In this document: in pieces, positions 25,376-39,830 of the stretch
How positions within the stretch are numbered: the first letter of the stretch is position 1
Layout of the letters: every line of letters begins with the position of its first letter
Assembly (NCBI RefSeq): GCF_006345805.1
Contig: NC_043005.1
Span: 10,168,001-10,232,000 of the forward strand
DNA from: Octopus sinensis
Taxonomy: Eukaryota
Reading direction: 5' to 3'
Length of the DNA stretch: 64,000 nt
The notes under the pieces: generated by a model
Seen by the model: the letters and a program-made list of their open reading frames with translations, nothing else
The model's database searches: none
Told to the model about the DNA's origin: nothing
Made by a program: the position numbers and the translations under genes

Positions 25376-26247
25376 AAAATATACTGAATATGCTCCTTTG
25401 TCACTTCCATTATAGCTTTTAAAAAAATAACTATTAAAATCGAACTGCACTCTTCAAAACTTGTACTAAGAATAAGGACAAGCTAAAATTACTCCTTACT
25501 TTTATAGCAAGTTGATGCAGGTAGTTTATCCCGTCTCCCTCACTCCTTTAGTTCATGCAATTGAAAAAAAACCGCATTATTTATGGGATGACCCAATATA
25601 TAGATATATTTGCACGCTCGTGTGTGTGCGTAAACATATGTACGTGTTGTGTGTAAATGAACGTGCGCGAATGAATAATCGACCTTATAAACATACGCTC
25701 ATCCCTCCACTGATAACCCCATTTCATACAAGCGATCTTCTCCAAATAAATTAGACCTTCATTTCGACTTCTACGAAGTATAATTTACGGACCTATATAC
25801 AGATGGGAATTAAACTTTATCAAACTTAAAATCACCATTGCAAGAATTTTCCCAAGAATAATGTCTCTATACATCAACTCATATGAAAATCACTTTACAT
25901 GTAAATTCGTTATTACCTTTTAAATTCATTCTCCTATGCTTTTTAATTTCTCAGTTCAAATCCTGCCTGACTTAACTTATGTCTTTCAAGCTTTTGGGTT
26001 CGATTGAATAAGCTACTATGCTCAATATAATCGATTGTTCCTTCCCTCCTTCCATATATCTGGTTTCGTAACTGTAATGCAAAAGATAATTATTAGTATT
26101 TTCAAAGTTTTCCTTACATTTGCATTTCTATATAGTATGCTACTTCCTTAGTTTATACTCGTTGGGAATCCAGATTAGCTTCTCATTGTCTTCTCCAATA
26201 GGTCGAATAAGGGGAATCTCTGTTAACAATACTCTATTTGTTTTTTT

Positions 26248-26664
26248 TACTCTTTTTCCTTCTTTCAGTCATTTGATTGTGGCCATGCTGGAGCACCGCC
26301 TTTAGTCGTGCAAATCGACTCCAGGACTTATACTTTGTAAGCCTAGTACTTATTCTATCGGTCTCTTTTGCCGAACCGCTCAGTGACGGGACTTAAACAC
26401 ACCAGCATCGGTTGTCAAGCGATGTTGGGGGGACAAATACAGACACATAAACATATACACACACACATACATATATACATATATATATATATACATATAT
26501 ACGGCGGGCTTCTTTAAGTTTCCGTCTACCAAATCCACTCACAAGGCTTTGGTCGGCCCGAGGCTATAGTAGAAGACACTTGCCCAAGGTGTCACACAGT
26601 GGGACTAAACCTGGAACCATGTGGTTGGTAAGCAAGCTACTTACCATACAGCCACTCCTTCGCC
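26248..26664 (-). mobile_element. SINE-A, full length
   Basis: Colinear with the other SINE-A copies. Confidence 0.92.
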
Positions 26665-27061
26665 TATAATTAAGATATATTAATTATACACTTCTTTTTA
26701 TGCTCCATTATATACTTTTCATGGACCTTTGTAATAAAATATTGTTTACCACCATAACTAGACATATTTCAATATACCATGCATACAAAAATTTATATGT
26801 AGTTGCGTACGTATTTATTACCTTAAATCATCTTTATTCTCTTACAAGTGGGTGAGGTATTGTAGTTGGCCATTTTATAGAGTGGAGGTTGACAACGATA
26901 AATAATGCCACAGCATAATAGCTCTTGATCGTCCGCTGAAGCGGAGGTGTGAAATATGAGTAGTAGTTCACTCGCACTCAGCTTTGAATAACTTCTATAA
27001 ATATGTGTATGTATGCATGTATGTACGTATGTACGTGTGTATGTATGTATAAATATATATA

Positions 27062-27104
<43 letters not shown>

Positions 27105-27789
27105 ACATATACACATTACATACATACCTCATTCATATATGTCCGTTTGTCTGCCTATCTATCTATATGTATAAATACATATATACATACAAAGACATAT
27201 ATATATATATATATAAATATAAATATATAATATATATATAATATATATATATATACTTATACTTATATATATATATATACTTATATATACTTATATATAT
27301 ATATATACTTATACGCGTGACTAACACAACGACAATACCTTAAACACCAACATCTATGAAAAACACAATTTGAAATAAATATGTACAATAATACTAACTC
27401 CATTATGGAATCTTTATATTTATCAACGATATTTATTTGAAAATAATTCAAAGCACTCTACATGGGATGAAGAAAAACATGAAAACCGAAAAAAGAAAAC
27501 ACCACCAGAAAAAAAATACAAAGGGACACACAGAAAAAAAGGGCTTTGTATGATAATTCATGTAATATTACACAGATTCTATGAGCAGATATTGAGAAAA
27601 ATGTTTCTTTAGTCTATAGAGAATAATAGAGTGGAGAGAAAACCGTACAAGCATTCATATTAACACACACACACACATATATACGCACACGCACACACAT
27701 ATATATATACACATATATGCATGCCTACAAATATATACATATATTTATATACATATATAAATCAACATGTTTACAAAATATTTCCTCTT

Positions 27790-27790
27790 T

Positions 27791-27876
<86 letters not shown>

Positions 27877-27886
27877 TGTATATGTA

Positions 27887-27935
<49 letters not shown>

Positions 27936-27959
27936 TATACATATATACACATACATATA

Positions 27960-28030
<71 letters not shown>

Positions 28031-28060
28031 TATATACATATGTATACATATATATATATA
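27790..28060. repeat. (TA)n microsatellite
   Basis: Direct reading. Confidence 0.97.
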
Positions 28061-28061
28061 G

Positions 28062-28338
28062 ACGGGAGCCCACAGTATTGTATGCGTTGCCAAAACATCT
28101 AGAGATCTTCATGGTGTCGGGGTAGATGCTTTCAAGAAACAAATTGATCTCCTGCTGTCCAATGCCTCAAATGAACCTACATCATGGCAAAAACCTGAAA
28201 AGAGGGCAACAAAGTCTAACTCTAGCCTTTACCAATAGCCAATGGCATAAGAATAGCTGTTGAAAAATTGATTACACTGGCGGTGCTCCAGCATGGCCAC
28301 AGCCTTTGGGCTGAAACGTATAAAAGAATAAAAGAATA
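28062..28338 (+). mobile_element. 5'-truncated LINE 3' end (CR1/L2-group ORF2 C-terminus + 3' tail)
   Basis: YALPKHL(R)[40 protein letters not shown]; tail ggcggtgctccagcatggccacagcctttgggctgaaacgta(taaaagaa)n. Clade assignment is from motif recall. Confidence 0.7.
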
Positions 28339-28484
28339 TACATAAATATATGTGTGTGGTGTGCACATATATATATGTATGTATGTATGTATGTACATGT
28401 ATTTAATTTCGGGCAGAGTTTATTCTACGAGGAAAGAATTTTTCAGCAAATTTTTCAATATTTCATCTGAGACAAAGTGCAAGT

Positions 28485-28487
<3 letters not shown>

Positions 28488-28576
<89 letters not shown>

Positions 28577-28598
28577 TTGTGTGTGTGTGTGTGTGTGT
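28488..28598. repeat. (TG)n microsatellite
   Basis: Direct reading. Confidence 0.97.
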
Positions 28599-29279
28599 AA
28601 ATCAAATAATCATGCTGCAACGTAATTCTAAAATAATATACATAATAAAAGAAAACTACAGACGACCTTGTATAAATCATATGAAGAAAAACATGGAGGT
28701 TGAGGAAGGGGACATGAAAATTACTCGCCCATTTTGAATGAGATAACCAAGTACGGAATTCAAACAAGACTGCCAATCAATAGCCAAAAGAGAAGTATGC
28801 ATCCAGCCAGAAAACGATACGAACAGCTGAATAAAGAATTGACTGAGTGAAAGTGAAAGAGAGAGAGAGGGTAGGAGAAATTGACGGGGAAAGCGTGTGT
28901 GTCATAGAGTGTGCGAATCAGTATGTGAGAGAACGAAGCAATCATGGTAAGTGTACGGATAATTGAACAAAGTATGATATAACATAAAATCATACAGCAT
29001 GCATATGCACACACACACACACACACACACACAAATATATATATATATATATAACACACGCATTTCTTATCACATACATTGTTCATATGCATGTGTGTAT
29101 ATATAGATACATACGTGCATACATACATACATACATACATGAATACATACATACATACATACATGCATACATACATACTACATACATACATACATACATA
29201 TATATATATATAACACATATATCTATATATATATATAACATATATATATATAACATATATATATAACATATATATATAT

Positions 29280-29321
<42 letters not shown>

Positions 29322-29323
29322 AC

Positions 29324-29353
<30 letters not shown>

Positions 29354-29355
<2 letters not shown>

Positions 29356-29660
29356 ACGTTTCGAGCAACGCTCTCCTTTAGGAACAGAGGGAAAGTCCAA
29401 TAGAAAGGAAGACAAAGGAAGAAAATCGCCAATGATTCCCATGTGGTTACATTATATATATATTTATTTATCTATTTATTTATTTACAATGTAGCCACAT
29501 GTGAATCAATAGCGATTTTCTTCCTTCGTCTTCCATTCTATTGGACTTTTATCTGTTCCTAAAGAAGAGCGTTGCTCGAAACGTTAAACCCATCATTCTT
29601 TCATTCCCTGAGCGTCTGCTAATACTTTACCTGTACAACGTCCTCGCGTTGTGGTTCTTT
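29354..29660. mobile_element. Inverted pair (about 105-bp arms) of a Penelope-like terminal repeat with decayed HHR motif
   Basis: Left 29354-29455 is the reverse complement of right 29487-29586; motif ctaaagaa-gagc-gtt-gctc-gaaacgtt-aaac; the right arm continues like the 51630-51830 family. Confidence 0.8.
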
Positions 29661-29693
29661 TTTTTTTTGTTCTTCTTTTGGGGGATTTATATT

Positions 29694-29781
<88 letters not shown>

Positions 29782-29914
29782 TGTGTGTTATATAATATAT
29801 GTATGTATATATAATAATAATAATAATAATAATAAAATAACAGGGAATATAATTCCAAACTTACAGGGAAAAATTCAATTTACCAGTTCTAAATCAAATT
29901 TCACAATATGATAT

Positions 29915-30096
29915 ATATATATAATTAAGAGAAATAACCTCTGTTAAGTAATTCAATAGTGAAAGACATTATCCACAACATATAGAAAAAAATTAAATAT
30001 ACTATGATAAATATTATTCAAAAAGTCATTAAATTAAATATATGAGGATGGAATTTTTCAGCAATTTTTCAATATTTCCTCTGAGATAACGTGCAA

Positions 30097-30154
<58 letters not shown>

Positions 30155-30312
30155 GTGTGAGTGTGAGTGTTTAAAGTGACTATGGTTGTTGGATGCTGTT
30201 TAGTCCCCGATGGAGAAGAGTTATAGTACAAACTTACCAGCAACTAGTTCATTATATGTTGTGGATAATATCTTTCACTATTGAATTACTTAATAGAGGT
30301 TATTTCTCTTAT

Positions 30313-30320
<8 letters not shown>
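29915..30320. repeat. Inverted repeat (about 65-bp arms at 29915-29985 and 30250-30320) around a dispersed repeat
   Basis: aagagaaataacctctRttaagtaattcaatagtgaaagaYattatccacaacatata in both orientations; the spacer matches 28420-28490 and 32600-32700. Confidence 0.8.
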
Positions 30321-30351
<31 letters not shown>

Positions 30352-30769
30352 CGTACCTTCATGCATACGTACAAATATACATGTATACATACATAAGTGC
30401 ATAGATACTTACGTACATACATGCATACATACATATATACATACATACATGCATAGGCACAGAGAAAACGAAAGAAAGAGAAAAAATGGAATAGGAATTA
30501 TGCTAATAGTTTCATATTAATACAAAACAAGTCTATGATTGACCAACATATATAATAGCAAAACTACAGCCGTCTGGTGATTTGCGACCTAAAAATTAAA
30601 AAATAATATATAGAAGTAATAAATACAAGTAAAAGAAAGGGAAACATATGTAAATACATCCATTTTTATAAATTGATTGTTATTCGTCCCATCTGACCCC
30701 CTTGTGGCAATAAACATAATCAGTATTATTATTGTTGTTGTTGTTGTTATTATTATTGTTGTTGAAGGC

Positions 30770-30930
30770 CGCATTCGTCTTTACGTTCTGAATTCAAATT
30801 CCGCCGAGGTTGACTTTACCTTTCATCCTTTCGGGGTCGATACATTAGGTACCAGTGAGTACTGGGATGGATGCAAACGACTATCCGCCTCCCCCAAAAT
30901 TCCAGGCCTTGTGCCTGTAGTACAAAGGAT
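30770..30930 (+). mobile_element. SINE-D2
   Basis: ttacgttctgaattcaaattccgccgaggttgac...cccccaaaattccaggccttgtgcc. Confidence 0.8.
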
Positions 30931-30938
30931 TATTATAA

Positions 30939-30991
<53 letters not shown>

Positions 30992-30996
30992 CATTA

Positions 30997-31394
30997 TACT
31001 CTCTTTTACTCTTTTACTTGTTTCAGTCATTTGACTGCGGCCATGCTGGAGCACCGCCTTCAGTCGAGCAAATCGACCCCGGGACTTATTCTCTGTAAGC
31101 CCAGCACTTATTCTATCGGTCTCCTCCGCCGAACCGCTAAGTGACGGGGACGTAAACACATCAGCATCGGTTGTCAAGCAATGCTAGGGGGACAAACACA
31201 GACACACAAATACACACATATATACATATATATACATATATACGACAGGCTTCTTTCAGTTTTCGTCTACCAAATCCATTGGTCGGCCCGGGGCTATAGC
31301 AGAAGACACTTGCCCAAGATGCCACGCAGTGGGACTGAACCCGAAACCATGTGGTTGGTAAGCAAGCTACTTACCACACAGCCACTCCTGCGCC
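30997..31394 (-). mobile_element. SINE-A, full length, flanked by (ATT)n on both sides
   Basis: Colinear with the other copies; (ATT)n at 30948-30993 and from 31395. Confidence 0.92.
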
Positions 31395-31910
<516 letters not shown>

Positions 31911-32144
31911 TGTCTGGGTGGAAAAGTTAAAAATAGAGAATTATTTTTGGGGAAGATATGAAAGAGCTGTGATGTAATGCAATAAGACCTTAATCCCTTG
32001 TTGTATATGATGTCTGATGAAAAAACATTATCATGATTATTGATGACGGAATTTATTGTTGCTATTATCGATGCAGTCAAACATTTACTATTTTGGGGGA
32101 TTTAAGAGTTAGCAATTTAAGCTTGAAAATCTTTTGCACATATT

Positions 32145-32332
32145 CTTTCTCTCTCTCTCTCTCTCTCTTCTCTCTCTTTCTCTCTACCGCTCCTTCTCTG
32201 TATTTCTCTCCGTCCATCTTTCTATCTATCCCTTTTTTCTTTCTGTCCATCTACCTATCTTCATTTTTTCCTTTCTTCCTTTCCTTCTTTCTTTGTTTCT
32301 TTCTTTGTTCTCCTTCTTTCTCTCTTTCTTTA

Positions 32333-32363
<31 letters not shown>

Positions 32364-32570
32364 GTATTTCTCTCCATCCATCTTTCTATCTATCCCTTTT
32401 TTTCTTTCTTTCCATCTACCTATCCTCATTTTTTTCCTTTCTTCCTTTCTTTCTTTGTTCTTCTCTTTCTTTCTCTCTCTCTCTCTCTCTTTATTTCTCT
32501 CTCTCTCTCTCTCTTTATTTCTCTCTCTCTCTCTCTCTTTCTTTCTCTTTCTCTTTTTCTCTCGCTCGCT
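32145..32570. repeat. CT-rich low-complexity tract with an internal direct duplication of about 180 bp
   Basis: ctgtatttctctcc(g/a)tccatctttctatctatccctttttt...ccatctacctatc occurs twice (about 32198 and 32362). Confidence 0.8.
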
Positions 32571-34986
32571 TGCTCCATTAAATTTTTAAATTGGTGTATA
32601 TAGTGTTTAAAGAGACTGTGGTTGTTGGATGCTGTTTAGTCTCCGATGGCTCCGATGGAGAAGAGTTATAATACAAACTTACTAGCTACTAGTTCATTAC
32701 TCTGAATGTCCCGAACCATCGGGCAAGTCTTTCTGCAGTCGCTCGACTTGCTAGAAATAGTAACCACTTCTACCATAAATCTTACCCTACCGTCTTAAAA
32801 AGTTTGTTGTTATTACTTAATCTTAATTTGGATGTATCTGGGCACACCTATAATCGTAGATTATTTCAGCCATGACCATTCCTTCTTTTATTCATACATA
32901 GTGTACTGGTGCATTAGTAGAAACATTCTTTACGGTATCTGGAATGACTTTCCACTTACCACGTTTAGTTTCCGCCGTTGTCATTCTTCGTCGTTCCTGA
33001 ATAAAAAGACTGGCAAAATCGTTAGCTTTTTAGACCAGATGCCTTGTAAGTACTTTTTCGTGAAGAATACGTGCTTAATATTTATGTAGTAGACTTAATT
33101 CATTACCTAGTTTAACACTACCACCAAGTCCTTAGGTGACTTTACTTGAAGTTCAGTGTATTGCAGGCATTCGACCCAGGCCTCCCGTTTAAGAGAAACT
33201 TCTTTTCACCAGTCTTGGAGGTCTTGAAATATAAAGGGCTGTGGACGTTGCTCTTACTTCTTTCACTAAACGGTTTAACAAAATACTAGTAGAGAATGAC
33301 GTTTTTGTGGAGAATGACTTTTTTATGGAGAATGACATTTTAAGGTATAAGGATACAATTTGAAGAAGGCGTGGCCGTTTTCTAACAAATTTCGTGATCG
33401 TGTAAAGTGTAAACTGGTTTCTTAATATCAATACTGGACATAATATTGGTTTTAACTTTTGGACCAAGGCCACAGTCTCAAGTGAGGGGTTAAGTCGATT
33501 ACATTGACCTCAGTGCTCAGCTGGAGCATATTTTATACAGGCACTACTTATTTTTGATACAAGCACTAGAAGTGGGATACAAATCGGCTCCAGTACTTAT
33601 TTTATTGACCCTGAACAAAAAAAGAAATGAAACAGGATGTCGACTCTTTTCTTCCTACCCGCATTTCAATCAGAGCATAAAGGAACAAAATTCAACGCTG
33701 CAATATATTTCCACATTATAGATATGTGACCTAGACACAAGGCCTAAAGGTTAGGTGAGAATTAGTACGGATGGTATCGATCCCCGTATTTAATAGGTTC
33801 TTCAGTTTATCGACACCGGAAGGATGAAAGGCCAAGTCGACCTTCCACCGGGATTTGAACTAGAATGTAAAGGGACATAACTCAAAACTGTAAGCTCTCT
33901 CTTCTGCAACTCTGCTAATACTGCTATTCGACGAGAGCGCATGAAACTCCGCAGTCCAAAGCTGGAAAAAAAAACAGGCGCCCTCAGATGTCACAGCGAT
34001 AGTTTATTGGCTGGATTGAGACGGATGCTGCCCTGTGACGTCTTTTTTGCTATTCCATACCGTCTTATAATAGTAACAACTCTTCACAGATAGTGTAATA
34101 AGCTAGTTCTATTGCTTTCCGGTGGACAATGTAACTCGATAGACTGTGTCGTTTTCAGATAACTTCTGGTTAATACTGTTTTCTCTCTTCTCAAATTGGA
34201 AGCTTTATGGCAAACCATAATGACGTCAGCAGTTATTAAGATTTATTAAATAATACTTGGATGCCATTTATTCTATCATATGTTCCTCATTTCTTCATAT
34301 TTTTATCTAATTATTCAAATTTTCTTCTTGTAAAATATTTAAAATATGCCTTCATTTTATTAAAATTTTGTCAGAGTTTCCTTGATATTCTTTTGACGAT
34401 TGTTTTATATTTTGTACTGTAACATTAATATTTTATTTTCACTTCCTATCTTAAAGAAATTGGTAAACTAACTGACAAATTCTGAAGAAGCCATGTCGTT
34501 AGAGCATTAGAAAATCAATTTCCATATCCATTAATAAATAACATTTTCAAAAGGATAAAAACACACGCTCTTGTATTGGGCTATCTGTTAGGCCGGTTAC
34601 GTTGGCTTGAACGTCTAAATATTTATGAGTGTCAATATGAATAAGATGACTGTGAATATGGGGAAAAAGTGATGAGAATTTCGTTTTTTCTTAAGATTTG
34701 TAGCAACATATGTGAGGATAAATAGTACTTTACAGTTACTTGTTTTGTTTTTTTTTACCATAAAAATGATAAAACGTAAAAGTAATCCAATCAGTATTTG
34801 AATGCAAAAGGATAAGCAGTGTTAATTACTAAGAAAAAGAAATGTGTATCGTCAGATAAAGGGGAAAAGAAATAGAGAGAGAGAGAGGTAGATGAGTGAA
34901 GAGAGGTGAAGAGAGGCTAAGAGACAGAGAGAGACAGACAAAAAAAAAAGAAATACTTTGATTCTGTAACAGGATGTTTATGTGTC

Positions 34987-35022
<36 letters not shown>

Positions 35023-35512
35023 TACACACACAAATACATATATAAACACACAGACATATTTATATAAACACATGCGCGCACGTGCGTAGGTCGGTAAATC
35101 CGACTCGCAGACCAATACTTGTCGTTGTCTCTTGATGACGATGATGAGGAGGAGGAGGGGGAGAAGGAGGAGGAGGAGGGGGAGAAGGAGGAGGAGGAGG
35201 GGGGAGAAGGAGGAGGAGGAGAGGGGAGAAGGAGGAAGAGGAGGAGGAACGCGATCGTGATTATGGTCATGATTGATGGTGATGAATGATGATTGGTTGC
35301 AGAATTAGAATTTACAACAGCATGGAAATATGTAAAAAAAAAAAAATGATTTAAAAAAAAAAGAAATGTTATCGGCTTAGAGCTTATTAACGTAGGTTAC
35401 TTGGTTAATGTGACGAATCTGCTCAATAAATGTGAATAATTAGGTGTAGGGTATATAATAAAAGTAAACTCAGCACATGTACTAATCTCGCAAACACATA
35501 CATACATACATA

Positions 35513-35773
35513 CAGTAATACCTCGACTATCGCGGGTGTAACATTGTAAAAACCCCGCGATAGGTGAAAATCCGCGAAGTAGAAACAGTACTGTACTGTA
35601 TTTTTTATATTAGTTTTACAATTTGTATATATTTATTTTATTATAGATGCAAAACAGCACCATCGAGGAATCGACTTAAGCTTAAATAATAAACTGCGAT
35701 AGGTGAACCGCGATAGGTGAACCGCGATAGGTGAATCGCGATAGGTGAACCGCGATATGACGAGGGATTACTG
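35513..35773. mobile_element. Tigger/pogo-type MITE
   Basis: TIRs cagtaatacctcgactatcgcgg / ccgcgatatgacgagggattactg; TA on the left; about 4.4 tandem copies of the 14-mer gcgataggtgaacc at 35696-35757. Confidence 0.8.
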
Positions 35774-36049
35774 CACATACATACATACATACATATATAC
35801 ATACATGCATACATGCATGCTAATAATTATTGACGCATCTGGTTGTTAGTAAACGTTTTAAGTGGCGATCTAATCCGAACTTTATAAATACAAAATTTAA
35901 ACGTGACAATAACGATATGTAAAATTTTTTAAAAGTTCAACATGTAACACTTGTCGTGTCTGTTATCAAAATTCCATCGATGGAGCTTTGCTGGTTTTGT
36001 AGAAAAGCTCTCTCCTCTTGGAAATAATTTTTATTAATAAAAGGACGTA

Positions 36050-36520
<471 letters not shown>

Positions 36521-36559
36521 TATACTAACATACACATGCTGAACCGCTGAAATCTACAA

Positions 36560-36730
36560 GCTTTTTCATTCTCACTCTGTTTATTTTCTCTTGCTCTCTT
36601 ATTCCTTTCTGTTGAAGAGCGTAGGCTCGAAACGTAAAAGACGTTTTCATTTTTCCCATGCGTCAAACTAATACACTTGCTTGTTGTTTATACACCTGCC
36701 TACTTCTTTTGTTTTTCTATAAATTTCAAC
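36560..36730 (+). mobile_element. Penelope-like terminal repeat with variant minimal HHR (36605-36640)
   Basis: cttt-CTGTTGA-a-gagc-gtag-gctc-GAAA-cg-TA-aaag; same family as 52330-52490. Confidence 0.7.
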
Positions 36731-36749
36731 TATATATATATATCGTAGT

Positions 36750-37380
36750 TGTCGGTTTTATCTCGTATCCGAATATTTATTTTCTCCTTTGCCGAACGCT
36801 TTCTTTATGGTGATGGCATTGATGATTCTGTAGACCAATTCTTGCAAAGAATAGTCGATGGCATTGACTGCATGGCAACGTTGGTAGAGGACGAGGTCGA
36901 TATTTTGTCGAGCCTTTCTCTCTTGTCGTTTGATTTTCTTCCTTTTCTCTTCTGGTGGCTTCGAGGTTTTTGGTTCCGATGGTGATGGGACACCACCATT
37001 TCATACGGTCTTGAGCTTGTATTTAAAACGATTTAGGCTCAACTCCAGTGTTGCTTTGAGTTGGTCCTTGTATCTTCGAAGACAACAACCTCGTGGTCTT
37101 TTTCCTGAAGTAAGTTCACTGTATAATACTTGGCATGAGAACTTCGGCTCTTCCATTCTTGCTACATGTTCAGCTATTCGATACTTTGATTTTTGGCTCT
37201 TTCAAGGACTTTGTCGTTGGTCACATAGTGCTCCCATTTGATTCCCAAGATTGGACGAAGCATTTGTTGGTGAAAGCGTTCTAATTTTTGGATGTCACGA
37301 CGTTACAGTGTCCAAGTTTCGCATCCATATAGCAAGATTGAAATGACAACAGCATTATAAACCATAATTTTCGTTAAGAT
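36750..37380 (-). pseudogene. RTE-clade (BovB-like) LINE ORF2 C-terminal fragment
   Basis: TKIMVYNAVVISILLYGCETWTL*RRDIQKLERFHQQMLRPILGIKWEHYVTNDKVLERA...HVARM...ELTSGKRPRG...RYKDQLKATL...LPCSQCHRLFFARIGLQNHQ. Confidence 0.9.
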
Positions 37381-37384
37381 CTTT

Positions 37385-37583
37385 TGTTCTTTTACTCTTT
37401 TACTTGTTTCTGTCATGTGACTGCGGCCATACTGGAACACCGCCTTTAAGGGTTTTAGTCAAATAAATCGAACCCTGGACTTAATTTTTTAAAGCTTAGT
37501 ACTTATTCTATCAGTCTCTCTTACCGAACCACTAAGTTACGGACATCGGTTGTCAAACGGTGATGGGATGACAATCACAGATA

Positions 37584-37631
<48 letters not shown>

Positions 37632-37776
37632 TATATTTATATATATATGGCGGTTTCTTTCAATTTCCGTTTACCTAATACATTCACAAGGATTCGGTCG
37701 GCCTGAGGCTATAGTAAAAGACACTTGCCCAAGTTGTCACACAGTAGGACTGAACCAGGAACCTTCTGGTTGGGAA
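37385..37776 (-). mobile_element. SINE-A-like, older diverged copy abutting the RTE fragment
   Basis: ttttacttgtttctgtcatgtgactgcggccatactggaacaccgcc...aagacacttgccc...ggactgaacc. Confidence 0.8.
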
Positions 37777-37981
37777 ATGTATGCATCATATAAACTGGCA
37801 TATTTTCATCATTGGCAGATAAAGGGGTAATTTATGTCTCCTCATACACCCTTACCTTACCTCTTGGTATGTTATGATTGATGAGGCTCATATTTAACTC
37901 GTAACCTATCTAATCCAGGAGGAGATAATCCTTGTGTAATATAATCTTAATGTCACGAGATCTGTCTAGATGCGTTTGATA

Positions 37982-38203
37982 TACTCTTTTACTCTTTTAC
38001 TTGTTTCAGTCATTTGACTGAGGCCATGCTGGAGCACCGCCTTTAGTCGAGCAAATCGACCCCGGGACTTAATCTTTGTAAGCCCAGTACTTATTCTATC
38101 AGTCTCTTTTGCCGAACCGCTAAGTGACGGGGACGTAAACACACCAGCATCGGTTGTCAAGCAATGCTAGGGAGACAAACATAGACACACAAACACATAC
38201 ACG

Positions 38204-38247
<44 letters not shown>

Positions 38248-38434
38248 ATATTATATATATATATATACATATATACGACAGGCTTCTTTCAGTTTCCGTC
38301 TACCAAATCCACTCACAAGGCATTGGTCGGCCCGGGGCTATAGCAGAAGACACTTGCCCAAGATGCCACGCAGTGGGACTGAACCCGGAACCATGTGGTT
38401 GTTTAGCAAGCTACTTACCACACAGCCACTCCTG
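37982..38434 (-). mobile_element. SINE-A, full length
   Basis: Colinear with the other copies. Confidence 0.92.
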
Positions 38435-39080
38435 TATATATAAACTTGTATTATAAACCCTAATGGGAGAATCCCTTCTCGTTACCAAAATGCGTCACTA
38501 ATTTACGAGGAGAGCTAATAAATCCAAAACATTTCGTAATTAAATGATGGGTATTTATATTATTGCAATGCAACTGCTGCTGCTGTTGTTGTTATTGTTA
38601 TTGTTAGTGGTGGTGGTGACCTATTAATCTCTTTTTTATGTTACCACAGTTATCTAATAAAAGCATAAGGCCCTACTGGTTAGAGTGTGAGACTCATTAT
38701 CGTTAGGTCACGGATGTGATTCCTGAAAAGGGTGTGCGTTGCACACTTAAGCAATGTATTTCCTTTCACCTTGCTCCGTTACACACGACTGAAAATGAGT
38801 AGCAGTAACATCTGGAGGTTAACACTTTCAGTCCATAGCCAGGAGAATCCATGTACTCTCAGCCTAAATGCCGTATAAACTACGGCCTTATAAAATTGTA
38901 AGCTTCATCTTTAAATATGTGTGCATGTTGACAGTATTTATACCTACACTACGTTTCGACCGGTTTGATCTCTGATTGTCATCAGTTGTTGCATTTCTGC
39001 ATAGATGTATAAATATTGACAGTGTGGATTCAAGTAAAAAATCTGTATTTCTGAATAGAAGTAATAACAGTCTTATATTA

Positions 39081-39645
39081 TTGGGTTGTCCGGAAAGTTC
39101 ATGCCGATTTATAGTAGCTTACCTTTCGACTTATTTTAAAACATGGTTGAGTCCATAAAATAGGATTTGACTACACCTCCATTTAGAGCACAGTTTAATC
39201 TATCTTTTCGTGGAAGAAGGTTTATGTTCCTATAACCTGTGTTAATTCTGTAACCCTTTAAAATGGAAGATAAGAAAGTTCATTTTCGGCACTTGATGCT
39301 TTGGGAACCAGACAAAAATTGCTGCTGCTCGGCTGGGATGTGTTACCCCACACTCCATATTCACCAGATATTGCTCCTTTGGATTTCCAATTAGTCAGTT
39401 CTCTGCAGAATAGTCTTAATGGTAAAAATTTCAATTCTTTGGATGATGTAAAAAGATACCTTGATGAATTCTTTGCCATGAAACCACCTCAGTTCTGGGA
39501 AGAGGGTATTTTCAAGTTAAGGAAAGATGGAGACGCATTGTGCAACAAAATGGTTCATATTTGGTTGATTAAAAATGTAATGGCAAGTATTTATTGACCT
39601 TTTTCTTTCCTTTAAAAATCGGCACGAACTTTCCTGACAACCCAA
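39081..39645 (+). mobile_element. Internally deleted mariner element with both TIRs
   Basis: TA-ttgggttgtccggaaagttcatgccgattt / aaatcggcacgaactttcctgacaacccaa-TA; N-terminus MEDKKVHFRHLML joined out of frame to TRQKLLLLGWDVLPHTPYSPDIAPLDFQL..SLQNSLNGKNF. Confidence 0.93.
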
Positions 39646-39656
39646 TATTTCATAAT

Positions 39657-39830
39657 GTCGAGCTGGCAGAATCGTTAGCACGCCGAGCACAATGCTTAGC
39701 GGTGTTTCGTCTATCTTTACGTTGTGAGGTCAAGTACCGCCGAGATCAACTTTGCCCTTCATCCTTTTGGGGTTGATAAAATAAGAAACAGTTGAGCACT
39801 GGGGTCAATGCAATCGACTTAACTACTCCA
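39657..39830 (+). mobile_element. SINE-D2
   Basis: gagctggcagaatcgttagcacgcc...gttgagcactggggtcaatgcaatcgacttaac. Confidence 0.8.
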
